A DNA stretch of 64,000 nt from assembly GCA_009772965.1 (NCBI GenBank), contig WPAF01000007.1, forward strand, positions 14,379-78,378, given 5' to 3'. Below the pieces are notes generated by a model, which saw nothing but the letters and a program-made list of their open reading frames with translations, was not told where the DNA came from and ran no database searches. A program made the position numbers and the translations under genes. Below, piece after piece: positions 29,001-38,650 of this stretch. Each line of letters starts with the position of its first letter. Within the stretch, counting starts at the first letter, position 1. This DNA is from Candidatus Saganbacteria bacterium (GTDB lineage Bacteria > Margulisbacteria > WOR-1 > XYC2-FULL-46-14 > WPAF01).

Positions 29001-29428
29001 TGTGCTTCACCTGTGCTTTCTTTTGTTGTTTCATTGCTTTTTATAATGTAGTCGATCGTTTTTGGCTTTCCTATAATAATTGTGACTGCACGGCCTTCTT
29101 TTGCCACTCTTCCCGCTTCCGGCCTTTGAAATGAAACCACATCCTCATTTTCATAATTTTTTTCGACAAAACAAATAAGGCCGATAGATTCAAGCTTTTC
29201 AAACGCTTCCATTTCTGAAAGACCAATTACATACGGCACCACTGTTTCAGGGAGAGGAGAAAAATGGGTTAATACAATATAACTTATAATTACAGGGGCG
29301 GAGATAATAGCCAAAATCATTGCCATAAACCTGAATTTAAACCTAAACTTCAGACGGGAAACAAGAAAGGCGATAAGGAGAGCGATAAAAATAATAAAAA
29401 TTAAATAGTATGTCAATAATTCGCGCAT
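28997..29428 (-). CDS. Membrane-anchored stand-alone PASTA-domain protein
   Basis: N-terminal TM helices, then VPYVIGLSEMEAFEKLESIGL...FQRPEAGRVAKEGRAVTIIIG, a PASTA fold signature. Its start overlaps the kinase stop (TAATG). Confidence 0.6.
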   Translation of the reverse strand: MRELLTYYLIFIIFIALLIAFLVSRLKFRFKFRFMAMILAIISAPVIISYIVLTHFSPLPETVVPYVIGLSEMEAFEKLESIGLICFVEKNYENEDVVSFQRPEAGRVAKEGRAVTIIIGKPKTIDYIIKSNETTKESTGEAQ

Positions 29429-30387
29429 TATTGCCCCGCCAGTATCTGGGAATAAATTATTGAGTAGATAACCCCTGCTAAAACCGCGAGCAGAACCACA
29501 ATAGCTAAAAAGAAACTGCGCTTTTGTTCTTTCCTCTCAACTATAATTACTTTTTCTTCCGGCCGCGGCGCGTTTTCAAGCTCAACCATAGGCACGGCTT
29601 TTTTATTTTCAAAAAGTGTTCGGTTGTTGATGCTTTCTAAAAGTTCATCCATGCTTTTAAATCGCATAAGGCAGTCTTTTTCCAGGCATTTTGAAAGAAG
29701 ATCAGAAATGTGCTTTGGCGCCGGGGGGAGTTTTGCTGTTTGGGATATTTTTTCAAGCGGCAGGCCTTTAAACGGGACACTGCCGGTGAGCATTTCATAT
29801 AATAATATTCCCAGGGAATAAGCGTCTGAAGAAGGACGAGCCGGCATGCCCAAAATTTCTTCAGGGGAGGCGTAATCGCTTTCTGCCAAAATATATTGAG
29901 CTTTTTGGGGCATGGATTCCCTTATATCGCCCTCAATGATAAAGTCTGAAACGACGACTTTGTTATCTGGCTTGATAAAAATATTAGTTGGCTTTAAAGC
30001 TCCGTGGATTATGCCGATTTTATGGGCATCTGATAAAATCCCGGCGATTTTATAAACCAGATCCAAGGCAAATTGCGGATCAGGATTATGGTTTTTTAAA
30101 AAATCCCTGAGATTTTGCCCAACGACAAATTCCCTGACATAGTAAAATCCTTGCCAGCCGTAATCGCCGTCTAAGAGGAGGGCAATCCCTTCGCTTTCAA
30201 TTCCCTGAAGGGCTTTGACTTTTTCTTTCATTGATTTTATCAATACCGAGTTTAGGGTGCCGCGCTTATAGATTTTTATTATTACAGGTTGTTCTCCAGA
30301 AAGGGTGGTTCCCCGGTAGGTGAGGGAAAAAAGGTTTTCGCCGATTTTTTCGCCGATTTTAAACTTGCTTTTTAAAAGCCGTTCCAT
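29428..30387 (-). CDS. Hanks-type Ser/Thr kinase-like protein with degenerate catalytic motifs (predicted pseudokinase); C-terminal TM anchor
   Basis: Kinase fold with the VAIK-like lysine present. The catalytic loop reads HGALKPTN where HRDLKPxN is expected. DFG is replaced by DFI. C-terminal TM FFLAIVVLLAVLAGVIYSIIY. Confidence 0.75.
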   Translation of the reverse strand: MERLLKSKFKIGEKIGENLFSLTYRGTTLSGEQPVIIKIYKRGTLNSVLIKSMKEKVKALQGIESEGIALLLDGDYGWQGFYYVREFVVGQNLRDFLKNHNPDPQFALDLVYKIAGILSDAHKIGIIHGALKPTNIFIKPDNKVVVSDFIIEGDIRESMPQKAQYILAESDYASPEEILGMPARPSSDAYSLGILLYEMLTGSVPFKGLPLEKISQTAKLPPAPKHISDLLSKCLEKDCLMRFKSMDELLESINNRTLFENKKAVPMVELENAPRPEEKVIIVERKEQKRSFFLAIVVLLAVLAGVIYSIIYSQILAGQ

Positions 30388-30528
30388 TGAAAGTGATTAT
30401 ATCATACAAACGTAATGCGTAAAACGCGCAACCATAACTCGTAATGAGTAATGCGGGGCGGCATATTTTGAAGTATTCCAAATCCTACTAAAGTGGGGTA
30501 TAATAATAATTAAGGAGGGGTATTTTTT

Positions 30529-30933
30529 ATGTTAGTTGAAGGATCAGGAGGAAAACCCTGGAAATTTTCGTTTTATTCAATTTTTCGTCCGCCTATAGTA
30601 AGGGAAGGGGCTAGTGTAAGAACAGACCTTAGGGCATTAGATGTTAAATTTTCACCGATAATGTCTAGTATGGTTGATAAGCTTTCCCGCTTGCCGGAAG
30701 AAACTTACAACGGTTTAATTGGCTGTATCAAAAGACTTAAAGAGAGATATTCACTTGACACCCCAACTGAGTTGCTTTTACCAAAACTGGATAGCAAACT
30801 AATGACTTATCCCTTTAAAGAGGTGCCCCCAAAATTATTATGGGATCAATATTACCAGATTGCGTCAGATCTGCCATTTGGGACATTAGACCTTCGAAGG
30901 ATAGAAGACAGCAGATTTCGGTTTGAAAAATAA
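30529..30933 (+). CDS. Hypothetical protein
   Basis: 134-aa ORF preceded by a strong RBS (AAGGAGGGG). No motif recognised. Confidence 0.4.
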   Translation: MLVEGSGGKPWKFSFYSIFRPPIVREGASVRTDLRALDVKFSPIMSSMVDKLSRLPEETYNGLIGCIKRLKERYSLDTPTELLLPKLDSKLMTYPFKEVPPKLLWDQYYQIASDLPFGTLDLRRIEDSRFRFEK

Positions 30934-30972
30934 ACTGAAATTTCCCCTCATTATGTAAGATAAGAAAGCATA

Positions 30973-33219
30973 ATGAGTAGTGTTGCAGTGTCATTAAGAA
31001 TTAAGCTTTCAAGCTTGATTTATCCAGAATACAAAGCCGCAAGAAGAATTGTTAGTGAACAATTTGAGTCAGCAGGATTGCATTTAACTTTTCGCTTGTT
31101 AAGTTGTTTTGAAGCTCTTTATTTGGATCACCGTGAAAAATATTCAACTTGGCTGGAAATACTAAGCCAGATTGCTTTTGAAGGTGATGGGACGATAAGT
31201 CTTTCTGCCCCCCCAATACAATCTATTACTTCATTTGAAATCAATTCGTCTAATAGGGAAGAATTGAAAGATAGCCTTAGAGAGCTGATTGATAACAAGG
31301 GGAGAAGAGGTAGATGGCTTGATTTGGCCAAATTAAATTTTTCTGCTTTAAATAGAAGAGTAAAAGAATCTTCTAATCCAAGCATTGAAGCCGTACCTCC
31401 AACAAACATACACCCCGGATTTCAAATTCTACCAAATGTTATTGGCGACACATTGGATATTATCCAAGATGAAATTGGATATTTTGAGAAAATTGCAAAT
31501 AACCCAAAATCAACCATTGAAAGCGTATTTAAGGCGCTTAAATTGGGGATGTGCAAATTTGGGTTTAGGAATATAACTATTTACTTTCCGCTTCCAGATG
31601 GTAAAAAGTGGACATTATTCCAAAGATTTAAAGCTGAAAATGGAAATAGATCACAACGGGAACAAAAAGTCAGTAAATACGCAAAAGAAGAAGGGGAAGA
31701 TCCAACAACAACGCTAAAAGGAATAATTGAAGGGCAATTGAACGTTTATGACTTAGATCTTAACGATACCTCAACTTTTAGTCAGGCAGGGGTGCCGGTA
31801 GATGAAAGTTCTCTGCAAAATGATTTAACGACATCGGTTGGGCCGGGACGAACTTTATTTTTCCGGTTAGTTTCAAATGAAGGAAGAGTAGAAGCAGTGA
31901 TACAAATTGATAACCGCATTGGAAAAGAAAATAGGTTTGTAAGAAAAGAAGATATCTTGCAAATATTTGGCGCCGACAGTGAACAATTATGGGAGAGATT
32001 CTTCAGGCATTTGAGTGATGGTGAAAAGCTGGAAGCCGAAGCGCGATTTCCAGGTTCCAACACAGAAGATATTTTAATGTTTAAAGAGGATGTAGAAGGG
32101 AATCCAAAACTTAGTGGGCAAATTGCCAAAATGAAAATTACTGATAACCAAAAAACAGCTTTCAAAAAACTTATGCAAAGAGCCCAGGTGAGTGATTATC
32201 TTTTACCGAGCAACTCGGCAGAAGGAGTAAAAACAGCATTAGGACTCTATTTTAGAGAAGTTGTATCAACAATTAATGCTATTAGGGCAAGAGAAGAAAA
32301 AGAAAAATCAAGAGAAAGAGAAATAAGGGACCATAAAACTATCGAAAAATTGCAACAAGCAAGAACTGATGATGAAGTTGTCGCGATTTATGAAAGAGTT
32401 TCTAAGGAAGCTTCAGCAACTCAACCCTCAATAAGCCAGTTTAATGCCGGGAGTGAAGTCTATAACACAGGTGATTATACTACTGAACACGTCATAGAGC
32501 CGGCAAAAAGCCTAGCAATCATGTGGAATACTGTAAAAGAAAAATGCAATCGAGTGATAAAAAGTGCATTGGGTGTTGCGGAAGATATGAAACCTATTGA
32601 ATTGTTTAAGCATGTCATTTTAACAAGCATAGCGCTTTTTGATTGGCATAAAAAAGGCATTGATGAACAAGGTAACGCGGTTAAAGAAGTAACAGGTTTT
32701 GCCGTTTCAGATTATCATCATGATTATGTTGATTCTAAAGGAAAACTAAGAGGATTAGTTTATTACGCGGGGATAATGGTTGAAAAAGAGCATTGGGGTG
32801 GGAGGGCGGCTTATTTAACCTCTTTAATGATGAAAGTAATATTTAAAGGATTGGGTTTCTTTAAGATCTTGAGAGGAAAAGTCCCTCTAATATTTAGGAC
32901 GCAAGATAGGGCGATTTTTGAAAAAGGGGAAAGATATTATTCGGCTAAAAGCGATTATAGGGAATTTATAGAAGAGGATTGGAACGCAGCTAGATTTGTT
33001 GCTCAAAAAAATGGTTGGACATTAAAGGAAGGGACGAATATTTGCGAGAGAGTATATTCTAAAAAAATGGCGAGAAATGATGATTACATGTTGCCTGAAC
33101 TGGGAGAATATGACGGCAAAGTATGTGTTGGATATGTCAGCATAAAAAGCTTATGGCGGCTTTTTGTTGATAAGATTACCGCTAGCTTTAAAAGAAAAAA
33201 GAAGAGGAGTAAAAAATAA
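30973..33219 (+). CDS. Large hypothetical protein (748 aa)
   Basis: Long uninterrupted ORF with a basic KRKKKRSKK tail. I see a possible GAF-like middle region and a C-terminal HWGGRAAYL segment vaguely resembling GNAT motif A. Both are eye-level impressions only. Confidence 0.45.
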   Translation: MSSVAVSLRIKLSSLIYPEYKAARRIVSEQFESAGLHLTFRLLSCFEALYLDHREKYSTWLEILSQIAFEGDGTISLSAPPIQSITSFEINSSNREELKDSLRELIDNKGRRGRWLDLAKLNFSALNRRVKESSNPSIEAVPPTNIHPGFQILPNVIGDTLDIIQDEIGYFEKIANNPKSTIESVFKALKLGMCKFGFRNITIYFPLPDGKKWTLFQRFKAENGNRSQREQKVSKYAKEEGEDPTTTLKGIIEGQLNVYDLDLNDTSTFSQAGVPVDESSLQNDLTTSVGPGRTLFFRLVSNEGRVEAVIQIDNRIGKENRFVRKEDILQIFGADSEQLWERFFRHLSDGEKLEAEARFPGSNTEDILMFKEDVEGNPKLSGQIAKMKITDNQKTAFKKLMQRAQVSDYLLPSNSAEGVKTALGLYFREVVSTINAIRAREEKEKSREREIRDHKTIEKLQQARTDDEVVAIYERVSKEASATQPSISQFNAGSEVYNTGDYTTEHVIEPAKSLAIMWNTVKEKCNRVIKSALGVAEDMKPIELFKHVILTSIALFDWHKKGIDEQGNAVKEVTGFAVSDYHHDYVDSKGKLRGLVYYAGIMVEKEHWGGRAAYLTSLMMKVIFKGLGFFKILRGKVPLIFRTQDRAIFEKGERYYSAKSDYREFIEEDWNAARFVAQKNGWTLKEGTNICERVYSKKMARNDDYMLPELGEYDGKVCVGYVSIKSLWRLFVDKITASFKRKKKRSKK

Positions 33220-33971
33220 TGGCTAGTTTAAGTGCGCAGGGTGTTTTTTGGAAAGCATATTGGGGTATTTATAGTCAGCTTTGTGGTATTCGCTCTTATC
33301 AAAATTCCATAAAAAGGGCAATAACACTGTTGGAGGTTTCAAAAAATAGCGTCGCACTGGATATGGGTTGTGGAATTGGTAGTACTGCTGGTGCCCTTCA
33401 GGAGCAATGCGGAAAAGTTGTTGGAATGGACAATTCGGAATCGGGATTAGAGATTGCAAAACAAAGCTTCCCAGGGCCTGAATATATTTTTGGAGATATC
33501 AATAAGAAACTGCCCCTTGAAAATGAAGTGTTTAATGCCGTTTTAGCGCACAATGTGATGTATTTAGCGGCAAGTCCGGTTCAAACTTTACTAGAAGTTT
33601 ATCGTATACTAAAACCCGGCGGAATATTTGTGATGTCAAGCCCCAAGAACGGGGGAAAACCAATGGAAATATTAAAAGAACACCTGCAGTTGTTTCGTGA
33701 AGAATTATTGGGAACACAAGAAAGCAAATTAGTTGTTTCATTGAAAACTTCTGTTGAAGCAGTCCGCAGTTTTTTATTGTTTTTAGAATTCTTGCCTTTC
33801 CAGATCGCGCTAGAAATGAAATTTGGCGGAGCGTCTAATTTTTGGTCACAGGAACGATGGGAAACAGTCATTCAGGAAGCAGGAGCACAAGGGGCATTAT
33901 TTAATATTTTATCGGTTGAGCCGATATACGGCGGCCAGAATAATATGTTTGCGTTGCAAAAACCCCGCTGA
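33219..33971 (+). CDS. Class I SAM-dependent methyltransferase (type 11-like)
   Basis: Motif I LDMGCGIGSTAGAL and a motif II-like acidic residue downstream; 250 aa. Start overlaps the upstream stop. Confidence 0.75.
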   Translation: MASLSAQGVFWKAYWGIYSQLCGIRSYQNSIKRAITLLEVSKNSVALDMGCGIGSTAGALQEQCGKVVGMDNSESGLEIAKQSFPGPEYIFGDINKKLPLENEVFNAVLAHNVMYLAASPVQTLLEVYRILKPGGIFVMSSPKNGGKPMEILKEHLQLFREELLGTQESKLVVSLKTSVEAVRSFLLFLEFLPFQIALEMKFGGASNFWSQERWETVIQEAGAQGALFNILSVEPIYGGQNNMFALQKPR

Positions 33972-33972
33972 T

Positions 33973-35334
33973 TTAGATTTTCGATAATATTAAATATTTT
34001 AACCTAAATATTAAATAAATGGGGACAGACAAAAGCTTATAGTTAATATTTTCACCGTTAGGCAGTTTTACTGAAAGATTGTCAGATTGTAAAACGCCAT
34101 TATAAAGCCGAATGCCTAGATTTGTTTTACTCCTATAAAGAAATTGGTGCAAGGATTTTAAAGATCCATGTCCTCCGGATTTTACTTCAATAGGAATAAG
34201 CTGGTTATTAATTTGAATTAAAAAGTCCAATTCAGAGGTGGCGCCTTTTTCTTCGCGAATCCAAAAATATAATGTATTTCTATTGTCAAAATTTAAAGCT
34301 AATAATTCTTGGCTTATGAAGGATTCAAACAATGCCCCGCCGTAGACAGGGCTCATAAAATTTTGTTTAACTTGATCCTTAGTAAGTTTAAGGGCATGAG
34401 TGCAAAGCCCGACGTCTAGAAAAGCTAATTTTGGAGCAGCTTTTATTTTTTTTATCAACGGCGGCCTAAAACAAACAGTAGGAAAAATACGTTCGACTAA
34501 CATTGCTTCATGTAGAATATCAAAAGCTTTTGATATATTCTTTGCCGCGGAATATGACCCCGCAAGATTTGAATACTTGATTCGTTTTCCTATTTCTGTT
34601 GGAGCCTTATCCCAAACGAGTTTCATGAATTCAACTTCAGAATGATTTGAATATTTTGCAAAATCTTCTTTAATAGAAAGAATAAGCTCTTCCTGCAGCT
34701 GTCTTATTGAGGTAAAGTTTTTATTAGAAAGATATTCACTTACCATTTCAGGCATGCCGCCCACAATCATATAATCGGCCAATAAATCAAAGGCTTTTTC
34801 CTGTAAGGGGAGAGGCATGGGCTTTTCAAGACTACATTCATTTAATGATTCAAGAAGGATTTTTTCATTTAGGGCAGCTAAAAATTCTTCAAAGGTTACA
34901 GGATACAAATAGAGAAATTCAACTCGGCCAACCGGAAATGACCACCCCTCGGTTTTCATGCGGACTTCCAGAAGGGACCCAGCGCTAATGATATGTAAAT
35001 CCGGCATCTCTTCATAAAAGTAGCGTAGAAGTTTTATGGCAGTAACGGAATTTTGAATTTCATCTAAAAAGAGGAGAGTTTCCTTTGGCATAATTTTACT
35101 ATTGGATAAACCTTCGATACTTTGTACTATATCTTTAATATCTTTAACTTCATTAAAAATTTGGCGGATTGCATCTTTTTCCAGGTTTAGTTCAATAAAG
35201 CTATTAAATTGCTTGGCAAACTTTCTTACTATTGTAGTTTTACCGGTTTGGCGGGCGCCACGCAGTACCAGGGGCTTGCGGTTTTTCTTGTTTTTCCATT
35301 CCAAAAGGTTTTTTTCAACACTTCTGTTAAACAT
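33973..35334 (-). CDS. AAA+ ATPase of the AAA_14/DUF4143 family
   Basis: Walker A LRGARQTGKTT, Walker B LLFLDEIQ, C-terminal DUF4143-like region; 453 aa. Confidence 0.75.
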   Translation of the reverse strand: MFNRSVEKNLLEWKNKKNRKPLVLRGARQTGKTTIVRKFAKQFNSFIELNLEKDAIRQIFNEVKDIKDIVQSIEGLSNSKIMPKETLLFLDEIQNSVTAIKLLRYFYEEMPDLHIISAGSLLEVRMKTEGWSFPVGRVEFLYLYPVTFEEFLAALNEKILLESLNECSLEKPMPLPLQEKAFDLLADYMIVGGMPEMVSEYLSNKNFTSIRQLQEELILSIKEDFAKYSNHSEVEFMKLVWDKAPTEIGKRIKYSNLAGSYSAAKNISKAFDILHEAMLVERIFPTVCFRPPLIKKIKAAPKLAFLDVGLCTHALKLTKDQVKQNFMSPVYGGALFESFISQELLALNFDNRNTLYFWIREEKGATSELDFLIQINNQLIPIEVKSGGHGSLKSLHQFLYRSKTNLGIRLYNGVLQSDNLSVKLPNGENINYKLLSVPIYLIFRLKYLILSKI

Positions 35335-35342
35335 AAGGATAT

Positions 35343-35398
35343 TTTACCAAAAGAATAGGTTCTTTGCAACTACGATTTACCAAAAGAATAGGTTCTTT
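35343..35398. promoter_or_regulatory. Tandem direct repeat 2 x TTTACCAAAAGAATAGGTTCTTT, with centres 33 bp apart
   Basis: Read directly, in the divergent intergenic region between the AAA ATPase and the histidine kinase. A TATAAT follows at 35432..35437. Confidence 0.45.
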
Positions 35399-35446
35399 TA
35401 AAATAGGATTTGCGTTGCAAAAACCATAGGGTATAATTACCCTAAT

Positions 35447-38400
35447 ATGCTTGATTTTCTTATCCAATTGCAGAGCTTCTTTTTATTGTTCGCGTTTATT
35501 ATTAATCTCGCCCTCGCGATATTTATCCTATTCAAAAACCGCCATAGCACCATGAACCGTTCTTTTTTTGCTTTGCTTTTAGGCATAGCATTATGGACAT
35601 TTAGCCTTTTTCTCTTTTTGGTAATAAAAGATACAAATTGGGTTCTATTTATCAGGAGATTAACCCCGATCGGATCTTCTTTAATCGCGGGTTATTTCCT
35701 GTATTTTTCACTACTGTTTCCTGACCAAAACCAGACATTGTCTACTCTTAAAAAAAGCTTAATCCTGCTTCCCGGATACTTGTTTTCGTTATTAACAATT
35801 TTAACTCCCTTTATGGTAGAAAGCATAAGCATCCAAGACCCCTCGTACCCATTTTTAGGGATCCCGAAATTTGGCTTTCTCTATAAGCTCTTTGCTGTTT
35901 ACTTTATCACTTATTTTATCGCGTCAATATCTGTCCTGGTTTATAAATATTTAAAAAGCGAAGGAAGGGTAAAGCTCCAGCTTTGGTATGTGCTTTTTGG
36001 TATGGCTTTGGCGGGGACGGCGGGGATCATATTTAGTTTAATAATGCCTATTTTAAACATGTCGCAGTTCTTTACCATGGGGCCTATATTTACCCTGATT
36101 TTAGCTGGGTTTATTTCTTACGCGATTGTTAAGCATAAGCTTTTGCAGATAGAAGAGTTGTTAACCCGGGGAATTTATCTGCTTCTTGTCTTGTCTGCAA
36201 TAGTTGGAACCTGCACCTTTATCCTCATCGAATTTATACCAATATTTTATCTGATATTGATCCAAGTTGGTTTAGGCGCTGTGATATATTTTCAAAACCG
36301 AAAAAGCGAAATAAATCAGGCATATTCTGCGTTTGTCTTATTTTTTGCCCTATGGAATTTCTTTTCTTTTAAAGTAACCCAGAGAAGCTCGTTTCAGATG
36401 ATAATTGAAGATAAATTAATCTTTATCCCTGCAGCTTTTTTAATAGCGTTTTTTTTATATTTTACTTATGTTTTTCCAAGAACTAGGAAAAGTTTCAATA
36501 ATCTTCGCAGGGGGTTAATTTTTATCCCCCCCGCGATTATGGCCGCGCTTGTTCCATTTGATCTGATTGTAAAAAACGTGGAAGTGATAAACGGTGTCTT
36601 ATCCCCGGTTTTTGGCAAATGCTATTTGCTTTTTGTGGGGTATGCTTTTGTATATATATTCATTGGTTTAAATAATCTCGTTAAGCAATATGTGGCTTCT
36701 TCCGGAATTGAAAAACTTCAGGTTAAATATGTTTTTCTGGGAATATTTTTAAGTTTTTTTGTGTTAATTTTAACAAACTTAATTCTCCCATGGTTTGGTG
36801 AAGCCCGGTTAACCCCGTACGGATCATTTTTTACGTTGTTTTTTACGTGTTTTACGGGCTATGCCATAGTCAAACACCGGCTGATGAGCATAGAATTTAT
36901 CATCCAGCGCAGTTCAGTTTATGCTTTTGCTACCGCGCTGATCATGTCTTTATATGTTGCCGCGATTTTTATTTCAGAGGTTTATTTGCGCAAATTTATC
37001 GGCTATTCTTCGTTTTTAGTTACTGCACTTTCGGTTTTGCTTATTGCTTTTATTTACCATCCGCTGGTCAAATCGTTTCAGGATGTTACGGATAAAATAT
37101 TTTTCCGCAACCGGTATAATTACCAAAAAGTATTAAGGCAAATCATTGATACAATGAAAGTTTCAGAAATATCATTTTTACTGCCGGACAAAGAGCATTT
37201 TCGCTCTACTCCGCTGGTGTTCCCAAGATATAAAAAAATTGAGATTGATATTAAGAGCCCTATTATTAACTGGCTTTCCGGCAGAAGGGATATTTTAATA
37301 AAAGAAGAAATTGAAGAAGAGATTTCAAAATCCTTTTTAGACAAAGAAGAGCTGATACTCAAAAAACAATGCGAAGAACTAAGGGATGCTATTGAAAGGC
37401 TGGGAATACCAGTTTGGGTTCCGATAATATTAAAAGACAAGCTGATCGGCATAATTGCGCTTGGCGACAAGCTTTCCGGAGAAGTTTTTACATCTGAGGA
37501 TATTGAACTCTTAATAACACTTGCCAACCAAACCGCCTTAGCTCTTGATAACTCCCGCCTTTATGAAGAAGTAGTGAATATCAAGGACTACAATGAAGAA
37601 GTTTTGCATTCAATGGTGTCCGGCGTGATAACGGTAGATACGCGGGGAAATATTGTGACCTTTAACCCGATGGCGGAAAAAATTACCGGTAAAAATGCGC
37701 CGGAAATAATCGGCAAAAACTGCAAAGAAATATGGGGAGAAAGAGGGACAATCACAAGCGTCATTGAAAATACTTTGAAAAAAGAAAAGGGATATAAAAA
37801 TTACGAATCCGGCATAATTGTAAAAGACAGGGGGATGGTTCCTGTTTCGCTTTCGTCAATTGTAATCCACGACCACAGCAGAAAAAAAGCCGGAGCGCTG
37901 GTTAATATTATGGATTTGACAGAGGTCAAAGAGCTTGAAGAAAAAGTAAGGCGCGCGGATAAATTGTCCGCGCTGGCAACCATGGCCGCCGGCATGGCGC
38001 ATGAAATCAAAAATCCATTGTCATCCATGAAAGTGCTGTCCCAGCTTTTGCCGATAAGATTCCAAGATGAAGAGTTTAGGAAAAAATGCATAGAAATTCT
38101 GCCCAGGGAAATAGCAAGGATTGACCGCATTGTTGAATCGCTTTTGGGCTTTGCCCGTGCAACATCTCCAAAATATGAAAAAATGAGGATTGAAAGCGTT
38201 ATTGAAGAAAATATTGTTTATTACACCGGCCAGGCAAAAACCTCCGGCGTTGAAATCAGTAAAGAATTTGCCGCGCTTCCTGAAATAATGGGAGATCATG
38301 ACCAGCTGAACCAGGTTTTTTCAAACCTGATGCTAAATGCCATCCAAGCCATGCCGGATGGCGGGAAGCTGGAGATTAAAACCTTTGAAGGGAAAAAGGT

Positions 38401-38641
38401 TGATGACGTATTGCAAAGTATAAAGATCGAAATATCCGACACGGGCCACGGGATACCGCCGCAAAACCTCAAAAAGCTGTTTGACCCGTTTTTTACCACA
38501 AAATATTCCGGCACCGGGCTGGGGCTCACGATAACGCACAACATCATAGAAGGCCATAGAGGGCAGATAGATGTGCAATCAGAGCTTGAAAAAGGGACAA
38601 CTTTTACCATTGCTTTACCGATCAATCAAGAATTGGTATAA
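35447..38641 (+). CDS. Multi-TM sensor histidine kinase (about 12 or more TM helices, PAS, HisKA, HATPase_c)
   Basis: Long hydrophobic N-terminal half, PAS-like region with NPMAEKITGKNAPEIIGKNC, H-box AHEIKNPLSS, N/G boxes with GTGLGLTI; 1064 aa. Confidence 0.85.
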   Translation: MLDFLIQLQSFFLLFAFIINLALAIFILFKNRHSTMNRSFFALLLGIALWTFSLFLFLVIKDTNWVLFIRRLTPIGSSLIAGYFLYFSLLFPDQNQTLSTLKKSLILLPGYLFSLLTILTPFMVESISIQDPSYPFLGIPKFGFLYKLFAVYFITYFIASISVLVYKYLKSEGRVKLQLWYVLFGMALAGTAGIIFSLIMPILNMSQFFTMGPIFTLILAGFISYAIVKHKLLQIEELLTRGIYLLLVLSAIVGTCTFILIEFIPIFYLILIQVGLGAVIYFQNRKSEINQAYSAFVLFFALWNFFSFKVTQRSSFQMIIEDKLIFIPAAFLIAFFLYFTYVFPRTRKSFNNLRRGLIFIPPAIMAALVPFDLIVKNVEVINGVLSPVFGKCYLLFVGYAFVYIFIGLNNLVKQYVASSGIEKLQVKYVFLGIFLSFFVLILTNLILPWFGEARLTPYGSFFTLFFTCFTGYAIVKHRLMSIEFIIQRSSVYAFATALIMSLYVAAIFISEVYLRKFIGYSSFLVTALSVLLIAFIYHPLVKSFQDVTDKIFFRNRYNYQKVLRQIIDTMKVSEISFLLPDKEHFRSTPLVFPRYKKIEIDIKSPIINWLSGRRDILIKEEIEEEISKSFLDKEELILKKQCEELRDAIERLGIPVWVPIILKDKLIGIIALGDKLSGEVFTSEDIELLITLANQTALALDNSRLYEEVVNIKDYNEEVLHSMVSGVITVDTRGNIVTFNPMAEKITGKNAPEIIGKNCKEIWGERGTITSVIENTLKKEKGYKNYESGIIVKDRGMVPVSLSSIVIHDHSRKKAGALVNIMDLTEVKELEEKVRRADKLSALATMAAGMAHEIKNPLSSMKVLSQLLPIRFQDEEFRKKCIEILPREIARIDRIVESLLGFARATSPKYEKMRIESVIEENIVYYTGQAKTSGVEISKEFAALPEIMGDHDQLNQVFSNLMLNAIQAMPDGGKLEIKTFEGKKVDDVLQSIKIEISDTGHGIPPQNLKKLFDPFFTTKYSGTGLGLTITHNIIEGHRGQIDVQSELEKGTTFTIALPINQELV

Positions 38642-38650
38642 TCCTACTAA

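Noticed and set aside
30440-30528. Sigma70-like promoter upstream of the 134-aa ORF (TTGAAG ... TATAAT)
   Set aside because: The spacer between the candidate -35 and -10 is about 25 nt, which is too long. Only the -10 TATAAT and the strong RBS are convincing.
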